From Phoronis australis (lineage: Eukaryota; Animalia; Phoronida): DNA of 60,133 nt. A program made the translations under genes and the position numbers. Positions within the stretch are counted from its first letter, which is position 1; each line of letters opens with the position of its first letter. The stretch is taken from the NCBI GenBank assembly GCA_002633005.1, contig NMRA01000169.1:716627-776759 (forward strand), written 5' to 3'. Shown one piece after another: positions 12,625 to 25,000 of this stretch. The notes beneath the pieces were generated by a model. That model was not told where the DNA came from, did not search any database, and saw nothing but the letters and a program-made list of their open reading frames with translations.

Positions 12625-15600
12625 TGTGTGCGTGCGTGCGTAAATGGTTGCTGAGGGGAACCCAAGCCAATTTTGGATAGGGATGGGTCGTTGAACGTAT
12701 AAAAATTTCACCACACCATAGAATTTTTGCCAAAAAATTTACCCTACCAACTAATATAGGCTGGTAGTTATTCTAGTGTGGATGCACTAAACAAGAAAAA
12801 TACCTTTGGCCCATTTCATGAAAAGTAGCTTTGTGTTATGCCCCACAGAGCTATTTATGAAAAACAAATCTATTTCACTTCAACAAAACTGTAAGGTCAC
12901 TGAAAACATGATTGCTATTTCCCCAGATAATTTTCATACATTTTTTCTAAACTGTGAAGTGGCGAGTATAAGTCAAAATTCCTGTCTTAAGTCATTTTTC
13001 ATGAAACAGACACGGTATTAAAGTGTATGAATTGATGGAACAACTACCGCAGCGGATGTTTGGTCTCTATTTCAGATTCTCAAGCCCCTCCTACTGGGCG
13101 CCATTTGTCTTAGTAGGAAGTGACGTGATCATTGATGCCAAACAAGTGAAAACAGCCCAGCTTCATCAGCAGATCAACAAAGTGGAACAGGAGGTTCAGG
13201 ACATGTCAATCAAAGATTTGCTCAACCCTAAACCATTCACTGAGCCCATTGTAGCGAAGGAGGAGAACCTGAAGACCCTGCAGGGCATTCTGGGTAAACT
13301 GATTGTCAATCACAAGAAGCATCCTGAGGTCATAACAGAGCTGATCAAGCTGGTACGTTATATTGCTTGTCAGTTAAAAGATTGTTGCTAGGGTAATGAG
13401 AGGAGTGTTATTAAGTTGACGGGGCTTGCAATTTTATTAAGATTACTGTAAAATCTTGCCAGTTTAGGGCAAGATGTAGGGGACAAGAGTGCAGTCAGTG
13501 TTTTTTTCATGAAAGTCAATGCTTGTCAACGTTTCCAAGTTCTTTACCCAAGCTACCATCAAACAATGTTCTGAGAACTTCTGGATTTTCACCACAATGT
13601 TTGAAGTTGTTAAAAAGAAAAAGTCAGCTTGGGCATTTATTTTTATCCAAAACTGGTGACGAAGCTATCGAGTGTGTGGAATCTGCAGTTTAACCATGAG
13701 TTGTTGAGTAATACATATGGGAGGAGTTACCAATTGGGTGGAGTCTGAGAGTAGAATCCGAAATCAAATTTCCTGATTCATGAAGGCAACTCACCTTCTT
13801 TGAGCTGTAAACTTCAAATTAATTACTTAACTTTTATCTACAGCATGACACTCTCAGACTCCACCCACTTGGTGACTCCTCCCACACTTGGTAACTCCTG
13901 CCATATTATGCTACACATGAATCAACTGCTTAAAGACGTTGAGCTGGCTTTATGAATCAGGAAACTTGATTTGAGATTGAATGTGTCAATCTTAGCTTTT
14001 GGACTTGAAGGCTCACTAAAAAAAACTCAACAACTCAATCACATGATGTATGAAAGTTTAAAAATAATAGGAAAGCTGTATTGGAAGTGATCATGTGACT
14101 ATGACTCTGTTGTGGATGAAACTGCCGGTAATTGGTAGACTCAGGTGACAAAATGTAGTGTCAGACTGCTAGTAATGAGTAGCATTTAATTGTAAATTCA
14201 TAATCAGTGTGATGTCACAGTACATATGTCTTCTTTAGGTCAATGATGGACGGTCCACAGTGAAACTTGTACAGGAAGTAATGAATTCTGTGACTGATCT
14301 ACAGTTGCTGTATTCTTTTCTGTTATGACATTCACTTGTAGCAGAGGCACTAAAATTAAACCTTCCCCCATACTTCTCGAGAAAGTTTATTCCTGCAACA
14401 TTTTTTCATTTGTCACATAACAATTGAATTTCTGTGTTTGTGATTTCACGTGCTCAGCTATGAGTGAATGTCTTTTCGCTTTGACTTCAGTTCTTAGTGG
14501 GTTTACGGTGATGACTTTGATGCTACCAGTAGTATTTTGGTCCTTCAAATGTATTGTCAGTGGTCTTGAAGGGGTTAACGCGGTTTTTGCTTGTCTGAAA
14601 ACTTCCGGTATTTGATTTTCATTTTGGTTTGAACTTGTTTTTTCGAAAATTCCTTGCAACTAAGGCCCTCTTGTGGTGATCTTCAAAATTGCATGTTTTA
14701 CAGATATTGGAATATTCATTTTGTTTGTCCTTGGTATTCTTTGTCTAGTTTAAAGCACTAAACATTTTCAAAACTGCATTGAATAAATTATAGGAATTAT
14801 TTAGTGTGTCTTTTGTCTGACTTTAATCGACAAATTCATTTGCGATTTTGTTTTTATCAGAAATATCTAAAACTGTCTGATAAATGGACCAATGACCTTT
14901 CTCTGCATGGTGGATTTCCTTAGCCTTGCCTGTATTCAAAACTTGTGCTTAATAGTTTTCCAATCCTGTTTTATCTTTTAGGCTTACTTGCTTTAATCCT
15001 TTATTGTAGACGACTACTACATTGATCCTCAGACCGGAAACTTTGGTTAGCAATATCTTGAAACCCTTTCTGATCTTTCTCTTCGAAATGATATCTTATT
15101 CTAACTTTCTTTCAAATGACACTGAGATATTGACTTTCTTTTCTCAAAAAAATCCTATTCATTGAATTATTTGTATACAGTATCATGTGTTATTAATGTT
15201 TTTAAGAATTTATGAATATCGGACTTTACATAGTCATTCACTTATCAATGAGACTAATGTAGGACTCTGTTTTTGTGTCTATACACACACTCGTGAATAC
15301 CTTCTACAGTTGCCTATAGACATCCAATGAAGGTTAGCTTAAAATTTTAGAATTTGCGATTATCCACAATTTGTGTAGCCCTCAATATTTGTCTCTTGCC
15401 TAACACTGTCTCTTAGTTTTGTTCAATTGACATATTAGAAGTTTTAGGCATGTTTTGAGACCCTGTAATAATGAAAATTGTCCAATGTCTCTAAATATTG
15501 ACAACATTTTTCTTACTCTAGGTGGACTCGAATCTAAAGCATCTTCATTCCAATGATGCACCGATGCTTGGCAACACCCTTAGCGACTGCCTCCATGAAA

Positions 15601-18600
15601 ATGGTGTTGCTATAGAGCTGCTGCACTTTCTTGGTTATCACTTTGAGGCCCAAGGCGTGTCCACAGCCAACCCCTATATCATGTATCCACACTGGGATAT
15701 TGACAACCTGCTTTTGCCTACCCTGGAGTCTCTTATGGCATTGTTAGGTAAGTTATTAAGAGATTTTTGATAACCTACAAAAACTTTTAGCCATGTTTCA
15801 TGGTGTGCACCGGGCTTAATGGTGGTGGTGTAACAAGCTGTGCTATGGTACAATTCCATCAATTTTAGGTATTTTTTCATTAAAAAGAAGTAGCCTAAGT
15901 AAATGGTAATGTGCATTTAATATCTACACCATAGCAGACAATGTTTTGAGAAATTAAGGACAATAGTGTTGAAAGCCTTTGAAAAGTCAAACATAAATTT
16001 CGGCACAATTTTACTGCATTATTATCTACAACAACCAAAAGGAAAATTTTAAATGTAAACGTAACAGAATAAATTCAAGAAAGCTGGCTATTGATAAATT
16101 TTGTTTTGGTTTCTATGATGCTCAATTAATGCATTACAATCCTATGTTATAGGCTCAAAAGAGTGCTGGACAATATATTATATTCTTGTTACAGAACTTG
16201 CCCAGTCTCCAGCTTGTGTTCAGGCAGTGTACGAATTTTTGCCTGCCTCACAGGAGCTACTTTGTCATCTCATTGATATGGTGAGTCATTTGGTGCTGAT
16301 GAAAGAAAATCCAGGGGTTTTTATGAATTGCTTATTAACAATATTAATTGTCTGTTTTATTCTGTCAGTATAAAGGAAATTAATGCATTTTGTAATAAGT
16401 GAAATTTGAAGATTATTGATAATTATGCAATTAGGTTGAAATTTAACTAGTTTAGGACACAGTATTGAGGCTATAATTTTTATGTATGAAATAATTTTTT
16501 TACAATAAATAATTATTAGTGAGCAGCAACAACAAGAACAAAACCATTGAAAAACGAAAAGTGCCAGTTCTGGAACTTAGTTTTTACCAAAATAATAGTG
16601 AAATTTTATTGAAATATGTTGTTATTTTGCAAAACAGGACCCTTGTTGATTGTACTTTTGCATTCTCTCTTGTGCAGTTAAGCATTACGAAGCACGCAGC
16701 TGAGATCCAGTTGAAGACCAACGACTTGTCAGTTAGCCAACTGTGGCACAGGGCGACAAGCCAGCAACTGCTTCTAGCACTGGGCTTCCATCAGATAGGG
16801 GTGCTACTTACATTCAACAACACACCTGCCAACAGGTAAGAAAGGGATGAATGGAGAGGAGGGGGGGGGTTACCTTGAACCACACACCTGACATCAAGTA
16901 TGGGGAGAACCTGGTGTGAGGAAGGATGAGGGGATAAGAGTACTGATCTACCAATAGGGTGTAAGGGGGAAGGAGGTAAGGGTTGAGTGTTCTGGGCCTG
17001 CACTAGTTGCAGAAGATTCTGGGATAATAGTTGGGAATAAGATTTAAAGCTAGAAAGGGGAAGTCAGAGGAGCATAGGGTTAGTGAGAAAATTGGGTGAT
17101 CATTGGGAGAGAATGTCCGTATGCACAGGACTCTTATTTTTGCTTTACATTACGGAATTTTTTCATGATTGCCTTTCATTCAATTTTATCATTTTGCAGG
17201 AAACTCCTGAATGCATCCCTCCAGTTGTTCTTATCTGTCTCAAGTCTTAAAAGCAACACATTGATGCATAAACTGGATGTCAAGCTGCTTGGTCTGCCAT
17301 CTGTTAGTGACCTCACTAATGACAATTTCTGTGGAGGTAAACATTTGCCAAGCCTCTCTCCGGTGATGTTGCCACGGTACCAGGTAAATTTAGGTCATAT
17401 AGGTAAAAAGATACCATGTTACTAAGCCCCATGGTGTTCCTTTGTCAGACCAAATAGATTTTTACAATTTGCCTTCACTTTTGTACTTTTTTCAGATTAG
17501 GATCCCATCTTTATTTCTTTTGACTTCAAATATTTTGCACACTTAGGCTTGTTACAAAGAATATGTCCAAGAGACAAAACCTCTGCTCCAGTTCAATTCT
17601 TTCACTGCCACTTTTGTAGTGTGAGATGCTCTTCTCAGTGTCAATTAAATTTTGAGGAAATTTTAAAATGTGGATGCGCAAAAAGGCGTTGTTATTTGTT
17701 GAAACATGAAAATTCTGTGTGGCTCTAAATGCTTAATAAGATATACATCACCAGACAGTTGAAACTCCGCTTCTGAGCCAGAATTGTTAACAATTTGTGA
17801 TATAACATAATGTATTGATTATCAAGCTGCCAAAACTAGACAAATAGGATACAAGTACCTAAGTCACCAAAAGGTGACGTTGCCATTCAGGCTTGTGGCG
17901 TGTGAAGTCATCAAAAGGCAACAGTGGTACTGTACAAGTTAATATCTCTCTTGAATATCTGTAAGCAAAATGCAGCTAAGTCTGTGTGAACTTGAAGATT
18001 TTATTTTCTGGTTAATTACTGAACATGTTTATACTTGACTGTGCTTCACCAAGAGGAGTGATTTAACAAAATGGGTAAATGTCTATTGTGTGAGAAACAG
18101 TGTTGTTTGTATTGACTGCTTAAGAAACTAGAAACAAATTTTATTTTGCTACCGAATCAATTAATGTGAAAGAGCAATTTGGATATTTCAAATTTCAAAA
18201 TTCGTTAGTTTGGGATTTTATTCTTTTTGAGACCCCTGAAACAAAATTCTAGAAAAAATATTAAAAATTTGCAAAGTTGTAGTTTGTTTATAGTAAAAAC
18301 TTACATTTTTTCACTCGCATGCTTTGCCTAATGTTTGAAAACAAATTAAAACACTAGAGTGCAGCATGAATAACGTTTCAATATTAGGCAAACGTCCTCC
18401 TCCTGTGTCGTGAAGTGAAGTGAGCATTCTGTTACGGTATTCTGTTCTGTTTCACGTTTTTTCCTAAGGATGGTATTTGCCTAATATCCAATTATTTTCC
18501 TTTTGCTCTCTAGTGTCATTTTTGTATTTAACTTCCTGCTTCTAATTTGGCAAAAAACTATTATAAGGCTAATGTCTTATACAGTGATGTTGCTATTTTA

Positions 18601-21253
18601 TGTTTCAGTGCTTGTTGTCTGCTTTTCTGTACATCATTATTGTATTTGTGTAACTGTGATGCTTGCAATCTTTATGCTCAGGTTAAAACTGTACTTATGT
18701 TACACGCTTTCTGTGTCAAATACCTTGAGCAATATGCGAAGTCTATGGAAACACAAGTCACAGTGTATGGATAACTGTGTAGTGACATAATGCAATGTCG
18801 TTCGTATCTGTAAAATTTCAAGCGTACAAAATCTGTCAAATGACGGTCCACTTCACAACACAAGTCATAGAAATTGGAAAACATTTGAAGAAAATTTGAG
18901 ACAGTTACAGGCATGAATGATTTTTACATGAACGTTATTGGTATCGTGTGAGCCTCATACTGAGAGTACATGGGTATGGCATGTTCTTACATCAATTGTA
19001 GCCATTTAAGGCTTGGAGGGGTAACTAGTCCACGGTGTGGCGTAGAATTTTGTGGACATCTGTAAATCATGGGTGTCGTTTACACAAAAAAGGCCTTCTG
19101 ATGTTGACATGCAAGGTCAGTGAAAGTGGTTCTTTGGGAACCCTGCTCATAGTCATGCAACTTGTTAGACTATGTAACTAAAGAGAGCTTAACAAAAGAT
19201 TTATGGTCCTGGCTGAGAAGACAATTGTTTTATTACTCCCTATGAGTTTGAAATAGCCAAGCCCAGAATGGCAGTGGCTCTTCACATGGGCTCAATTACA
19301 TGTAACCTGAACTGCGTGCAGACACCCGTGTCTAACATGGGGAACTGAGGCACCCTCTCACTTCACAGAGAGGCAGCAGGGAACCATACTAGCCAGATCT
19401 TAACTTAACTCTAACTAAGTTTGGTCAGAGCTCCAGGACATCCCACTCCATACCTGTGGCCCTTTAGATAATTCTGAGTATCGTTCCATATATGTAGACT
19501 TATTTGAAGTTTCTTGCGAGTGTAGCGAGATCACGTTGTAAGACCGCGTAAGTGTGAGCAAGGGGTGTAATTTGCTAATAGCTCGTTCAAGCGTAAGTTG
19601 ACAAAATAGTGGCCACTGCAAAGCGATTGGATGTTGAGGTTGTAATGCTGAATTATGGGATGTAATTCACTATTTCTCTCTATAACTTCATGGAACGCTG
19701 CCCTGATTTCAGTGTATTCATAAACTATCTCTCAATCCTTAGTTTAACCTGTGCTAGTTGAACCTTCTTTTCATAAATTGCAGGGTTCTTATCTATTATG
19801 GTTCTATAAAAGAGAATGTAAGAGCTCAAATAATATTTAAGGAAGGATTTCTAAAATTATGGATTGCTTTCGTAAGAATACACACATTTCTCAAATAAAT
19901 GATAATGAATATTTTACACTTTTCTGCTACGAGTTTCAAAATACCAAAATATACTGGGTTCAAAACTAATTATAACTTGTTGTGATGAAGTCGGATTTCT
20001 TTGTGTCTTGAGCAGTTTTTGTTGTTTTTTCTTTTAGCTTAAAATGAGTGCACCATGGTCGACATGTATCGAAAATGAGCAAGAAATGAGAGGGAAGATG
20101 ATGCTAGCCAGGAGGTACGTTCTTGTACAGTGCATGATAAAAGTAAACTCAACCAACTGCTAATTATAACTGCAGCAGATATGACTGGAAATGACTGTTA
20201 TGGCAGGAAAAATCTAATTACGGAAAGGCTTAGACACCTTAGCAGCTTTCCTGTTAATATCCCTTCATTCTCAGTCGTCAGGGAAGGCTACTGCAACTAT
20301 GTATCCGACCTTCTCCCAGCCCATTTGCGACTCTTCTGGTATTTTCGTAGCCTCAAATTATCACTTGGAGTCGTTTCACATCATTCTGCGCATGTACGTA
20401 CTTCAATCATAACTGCAAAGGGATATGGTCAAGAGATGGTTAAAATCACGGCTTCAGCTCAGCAGGCTTCAAAACTTGTACACCTGGTTATGACTTGTAG
20501 ACCCTTGGAACTTAATGACCCTTGATTGAGAGAGTCATTTTTGCAAAAATACTCACCCTTAAATTTCTTTTGGATCACTTTTTGTTAAGCAAAACGGATG
20601 CGGTATTTAACTGTAATTACTTTTAACTGCACTAATTAACAAACCGAATACAATTCTTACGAATTTTTGACATTTTTATAACATCCATTCTACAATTTCA
20701 GTCATTCTGTAAATTTACCGTTTTTTTCTGACAGCCTGCACTGTAGCACTCTTGACAAACGATGATGTCATTAACTTTTCACTGTCTCAAGTAAGTTTTA
20801 AATGATAAAGATTTTAGTCACCGGTTGTATTTGGGGGCTTCATTTTTTCTTGGAAATTCATCTATGGGAATGCACTCCAGAAAAACAAAAATGCTTATTA
20901 TATAAGTTGTCCAACATCTAATTTTCAGCAAATCTGACTTAACAAACGAGTATAGGAGACATTCCAACAAAGCCAAATCTTGGCACCAAAAACTGGTCGA
21001 GGCACAAGGCAACAAGAGGTTGCAGGAAGTTGGTCGACCAAAGGTCAAAGTTACCAAGGTCAAAGTTCAGTCTGGCACCCCAATTTCTCAGGCTAGGATA
21101 CCCGTCGACTTCAAGCGCCAGCTGACTATTCTGGAAACCGGCCAACGTCGGGATTACGACAACTACGTGTTCAACCAGAGACTTAAGACCATTGGTGCCA
21201 GACATAGAGAGGAAGTGAAAAAGCTTTACATGCCATTTGTTCAGGACACATGA
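1626..21253 (+). CDS. TPR-repeat + CHAT domain protein, TTC28-like (14 coding exons, ~1633 aa)
   Basis: Exons 1626-1745, 3168-3377, 4218-4395, 5832-8355, 9133-9299, 10995-11216, 11697-11844, 13076-13352, 15522-15747, 16195-16280, 16678-16835, 17200-17383, 20038-20114 and 20929-21253 join in phase at GT-AG sites (4902 nt). TPR helices come first, then CHAT motifs LYNLLVSP, LVIIPDKELFGLPF, VFGNP, ATKEVFL, LVVLSC, LW and SPSYWAPFVLVG. Confidence 0.88.
1791..2575 (-). mobile_element. 5'-truncated non-LTR retrotransposon fragment with RNase H (disrupted)
   Basis: IIVATDGS and YIPGHCGISFNVKAYELA in split ORFs; (GAAACA)n tail at 1791-1817. Confidence 0.7.
3168..3377 (+). CDS. TTC28-like exon 2 (TPR)
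   Basis: ttttag|GTC; GDQAFDLQDYTSAIQFYTEALQID...RAAAY TPR consensus; CAG|gtaag. Confidence 0.9.
3854..4119. mobile_element. PIF/Harbinger-like MITE
   Basis: ~47-bp imperfect TIRs (ggacctgtttcc...ggtcttatgc / gcgtaagacc...aaacaggccc), flanked by CAG on both sides. Confidence 0.6.
4218..4395 (+). CDS. TTC28-like exon 3 (TPR)
   Basis: GHYLMGVTLNSLGQQQEAIQSFLSALSLD; phase-1 donor matches the next exon. Confidence 0.85.
5832..8355 (+). CDS. TTC28-like exon 4 (TPR array and start of CHAT domain, 2524 nt)
   Basis: Lies in the 886-aa ORF 5699-8359; cctag|AC acceptor; AG|gtaat donor. Confidence 0.92.
9133..9299 (+). CDS. TTC28-like exon 5 (CHAT)
   Basis: LVFAQKEAFKVAEI...GNEATKEVFLKEIQTASIIHV. Confidence 0.88.
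10640..10935. mobile_element. Diverged MITE related to the 3854-4119 element
   Basis: gtgacttaaacttaagacagagatttggtc ... gatcaaatgtttgtcctacgtcttaagtcac inverted ends; interior resembles 3900-4000. Confidence 0.5.
10995..11216 (+). CDS. TTC28-like exon 6 (CHAT)
   Basis: ACYANLEEGYIALSP...DILPLKLSAKLVVLSCGWS...AFLIA. Confidence 0.88.
11697..11844 (+). CDS. TTC28-like exon 7 (CHAT)
   Basis: Read by hand, absent from the ORF track in this frame: GAVSVLTVLWTTPNSVVDKFFTHFYLALRNNVHVTHAVNEAQ. Confidence 0.88.
12588..12641. repeat. (GT)n/(GCGT)n microsatellite
   Basis: Read directly from the sequence. Confidence 0.95.
13076..13352 (+). CDS. TTC28-like exon 8 (end of CHAT)
   Basis: FSSPSYWAPFVLVG, the CHAT C-terminal motif. 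Confidence 0.88.
13758..13976. mobile_element. MITE-like inverted repeat element
   Basis: aaatcaaatttcctgattcatgaaggcaactca pairs with tgagctggctttatgaatcaggaaacttgattt. Confidence 0.5.
15522..15747 (+). CDS. TTC28-like exon 9
   Basis: ctctag|GTG...TTAG|gtaag; ELLHFLGYHF (PUB-like). Confidence 0.8.
16195..16280 (+). CDS. TTC28-like exon 10
   Basis: ttacag|AA...ATG|gtgag; ELAQSPACVQAVYEFLPASQELLCHLIDM; bridges phase 1 to phase 0. Confidence 0.75.
16678..16835 (+). CDS. TTC28-like exon 11
   Basis: LSITKHAAEIQLK...QLLLALGFHQIG; AG|gtaag. Confidence 0.8.
17200..17383 (+). CDS. TTC28-like exon 12
   Basis: ttgcag|G AAA CTC...CAG|gtaaa; phases consistent with neighbours. Confidence 0.75.
20038..20114 (+). 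CDS. TTC28-like exon 13
   Basis: Strong polypyrimidine acceptor; LKMSAPWSTCIENEQEMRGKMMLAR; AG|gtacg. Confidence 0.7.
20929..21253 (+). CDS. TTC28-like terminal exon
   Basis: ttttcag|C; open to TGA at 21251-21253; AATAAA at 21490 and 22175. Confidence 0.75.
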
Positions 21254-21626
21254 CACCCCACTTACAAGTGGATGTAGGAGGGCCCCAAGGTGTCTTGGCC
21301 CTACTTTGGAAAACAATGACAGCAGGCTAGACATGCCATTGCACCAATGGTGGTTTTAGTGAGTGTGTTCTTGATCAGCTTTGCAAAACCTCAAAAGCAC
21401 ACCTGTAATGGTGTGTCATGGATAATGGGATGACTGTTGGTAGATTTTGTGATAGCAAAGCAAACTGTGATTTGAAATGAGTTTTCCTTAATAAAGGTTG
21501 TCTTTTTATGGAGTTCAAACAGAATTTTACACAACATAGGAATTGACAGTTTGTTCACATTATTGAGCTTAATGACATCATTAAAATTTTGAATGGTTTA
21601 TCAGCATGTGAAAAGACTTGGGCTTG

Positions 21627-22039
21627 GAGTCTAATCTCTGTTCTCGAAACTTGACTCGAAAACTGACCAATTAAAGCTCGAAACTCACTACGTGTCGAAA
21701 GTGAAGCAAAGGACCATCCCATAGAAATGCCTGCATTCAGTTAAATCACGTGGGTCCCTTATCACCACAAATGCCCACCTGCCCATGAACTGTGTTCTGT
21801 TCTCAGTCTATGCCAAAAGGGGAACCTTTCTTTATTAACGCTAGTAAATGTTGAGTTCTCATTGTTTGTAAGCTAACCAATTTGTACTCCAATTGTGCAG
21901 CCTGATTGGTTAAAGTACATGTCTGTATTTGGAGATCTAGGACTGGGATCTAATCTCCAAACTAACCAATCATGCGACATGATTCAAGTACAAATGGTGT
22001 CATGCCATTGGTCAGTTTTTGAGTACAGAGATTAGATTC
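21627..22039. mobile_element. MITE-like element in the TTC28-like 3' region
   Basis: tctaatctctgttctcgaaa...aaaactgaccaat pairs with attggtcagtttttgagtacagagattaga. Confidence 0.5.
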
Positions 22040-25000
22040 TTGACTTAGATGCTGGACAACGGAAATGTTCCACTAAATATTTCATATAAAGTAACAATTG
22101 TTTTCAGTTTATTTTAGTGGTATGGCGTGATCATGTAATCTTTCTGTTGTTGTAATGGGTGTTCAAATTTGCATAATAAAAGAATTTTAATTCTTAAAAG
22201 ATTTCAATTTATTTCTTTTGTCATTCATCGTCTTTATGGAGTTGGGATTTATGCATTCAAATCAAAACAACTTAGTGAAGCATAGGACAGGAATTTTCCT
22301 CTTTTAAGAGGATTTCCCTTTTTTGGTTGTGGTTTTGATTTCCTCTTATTTAATGTCCAGATTCTTCTTTTTTGTCTCTTTTTTATAATTATTTTGACTT
22401 TATTTATGAAAAACATTAATTCAGTTAAATTTTACTACAAACATATTTCTACCACACAAGTCTATTTATTTGTGGAATGATGCGTCACCTGGAATTTTTC
22501 TCATTGGTTATTCTAAGCCCGGTAGTACAACTCAGTTCTTCTAATAACGGAATTATTCAGTCCAATTAGCAAGAAAATCTCAGTATCCTTGAATGTTTTC
22601 TTAAAGATGCATCTCGCCCTGTTTAGCTGGCTAAAAAAACAAAAAATCAATTAGGACTTTTACTGTAAAAAAATTAATATCGTATTTCTTTCCCTAACTA
22701 AAGAAGAAAATCGAGACCATCAACAACTTGAGAAAACGCTTTCGAGTTTAATGTGATTGGCTAACCCCAATGTTACTTGTACGTAATGACATGACAATGA
22801 CGCGTGTGATTTGAGTTGCCAGATCAGTTGGCAACAATTCAACATCGGATAAGTGCGGTGATGTTTTTAAACCTTAGAGCGGTTCTGTTAAGGGTTTACT
22901 AGGTATTATTCTCTGCAACAGCTGCAGGGGAATAATGTGCACTGTTCCGTACTGTAATGCCCACTCATCACCCACTTTATTTGATGCACAGACCGTACCA
23001 GCTAACTAATCTAAAATTTATTTACAAGCAAATCAGATGCATCAAACTTTATCAAACGTTTGTGTGTCAATTTTGCAAGACCATTCGGCAAAATGATTGT
23101 CAACTCCAGATGCAATATTTGCTTTTCACTGACGGGGAAATTATTTCCTTAATTATCTAAAATCCAAAACTGAGGTGACGAGTTTATTTCCGGGTTGAAA
23201 CTATAGTTCATGGCTGGGTACCCTAATGTTGAAATTGGCACGAGTAGCATCAGTATATACTCATCAATTTGATAATTCCACCAGGGAATGAAATTATGAC
23301 TCGTGGTAAGGATATATGGCGAAAAATTGTTTCCATTTACTGTTTTTTTTTTTGGTTCACTCCACGCACTTACACTCTGAAGTTTCGTTTACCAAACTTA
23401 GACGACCAAATGCACTTAACTCGGATTATCAAACAGAATTTTCTTCAGCAGACTTTAGAATTTGTTACTTCCAATTAAGCTATCCCATCTTGTTCTTACC
23501 CTTTGAAGTTGTGCGTTTTACGTTTGGAATTTCCTTGAAGGCCCAGTGTGCACTGTTTCGGAGCGGCTAAAACTCACCCATCGAGACAAACAACCGTAAC
23601 AGTTCTTCTCAAGAAGAATAGTCATTTCTGAACCGAGGAGCAAGATCATGAGGGCGCTTTCAAACGCTTAAGTGTCCTCGGTCTAGAATTGGTCCTGTCA
23701 TCTTTCAGTAAACCCATGGGACAATTTCATAAAAAGTACTATATAAAGCGCATGCTCTGATTAAGGGAAGGCAATGACGAAGGCTCCTAAGTGTCATTTT
23801 GATCTTGGACCCAGCCGCGGTCAGTAGTCTACTCCATTCGGAGGGAGCGACGATATTCTCGTACTCAAGAATTTGTTCAACAACCAAATCCATGTCTTTC
23901 AGTCAAATTCGATTTGAACATGTGTGTAGTGTGCTTTTAACAATCTTTTTGACTAAAAGGAGATTATTCTGGCACAAACACATTGAAAATGCAGTTTTTA
24001 TAAGTTGGCAATCACAAAATTTCCGAGTTCCAAGTTCGCAATAATGTTTGGATATTGGCCAAGAACGGTGGGCATCAATTTCAAAGTGGATCATTAATGG
24101 CGGAGAAGCTTTCGGGCGGGGCAGAAAAATGTGAGAAATTTAAATATAGCTCATTGGCTAGAAACAACACGTGACAATAGACTTCGTATCAATGAGATAA
24201 ATAGCAGCTACTTATCTCGTTGCTTTCGTATAATGTTTCAGCCTTGTTTGACAAATCGCGCACACGAATAAAAGTGCTTTAGATGTCCTCTCACCTCCAG
24301 AATACATCGTTCAACTATCACGGAGGTATGGAATTCAGCGAAGATAAGTTGGCAGTAGCAACAATCCGAACCCAGAGAGCGACTGTCTCGACTTCCAACG
24401 CTGAAGATGGTGGGTAAATTTGTTCTTAGCATGGAATCGCGGGGTGACGTGCAAAGCTTGGATCATCGCATTATATGCGCTCTTGCAGGACGCTGTTGTA
24501 GGCCTTGAGTTACGAAGATGAAGCGTTAAACTAAACTGCTTTCCACAATATAAGGAATACAAACCTTGGTTTTACTGGTTTTACCCAAACAAGCATTGAA
24601 TGTCTACTATATTTCTATAAGTAATAAGACGTACATTAAGGAAAAGTTGCAAACTGTTTGTCGCAAAACATAGACACCATGCACTCACGCTACTAAAAAA
24701 TATACGTGTAAAATGACAAGTATTCCTCAATGTTGATCTTATGGTTCAACGAGCGCCTTTATTTCCCACAGCCAAAGCACCAAGCGTTAGTCACGCTTTA
24801 CATAGTCACAGCCAAACTTGTCAGTAGCACTCGAACTTGGTTCAAACTTCTAAAGACGTTTAAAATGTTCTAATGGAACGTAATCACCGTTGACAGTGTT
24901 TAGTACCCTGTCGGGGATTCTTGAAATGGTCTTCAGCTCTGGCGATCGATTTCCACAAAGTGATTTTGCATACAAAAGCCCTGATGACAAAAGAGGACTT

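Noticed and set aside
5832-13352. Bacterial TPR-CHAT (Craspase-like) system or horizontal transfer
   Set aside because: The gene has 13 spliceosomal introns, resembles metazoan TTC28, and has no CRISPR or bacterial context.
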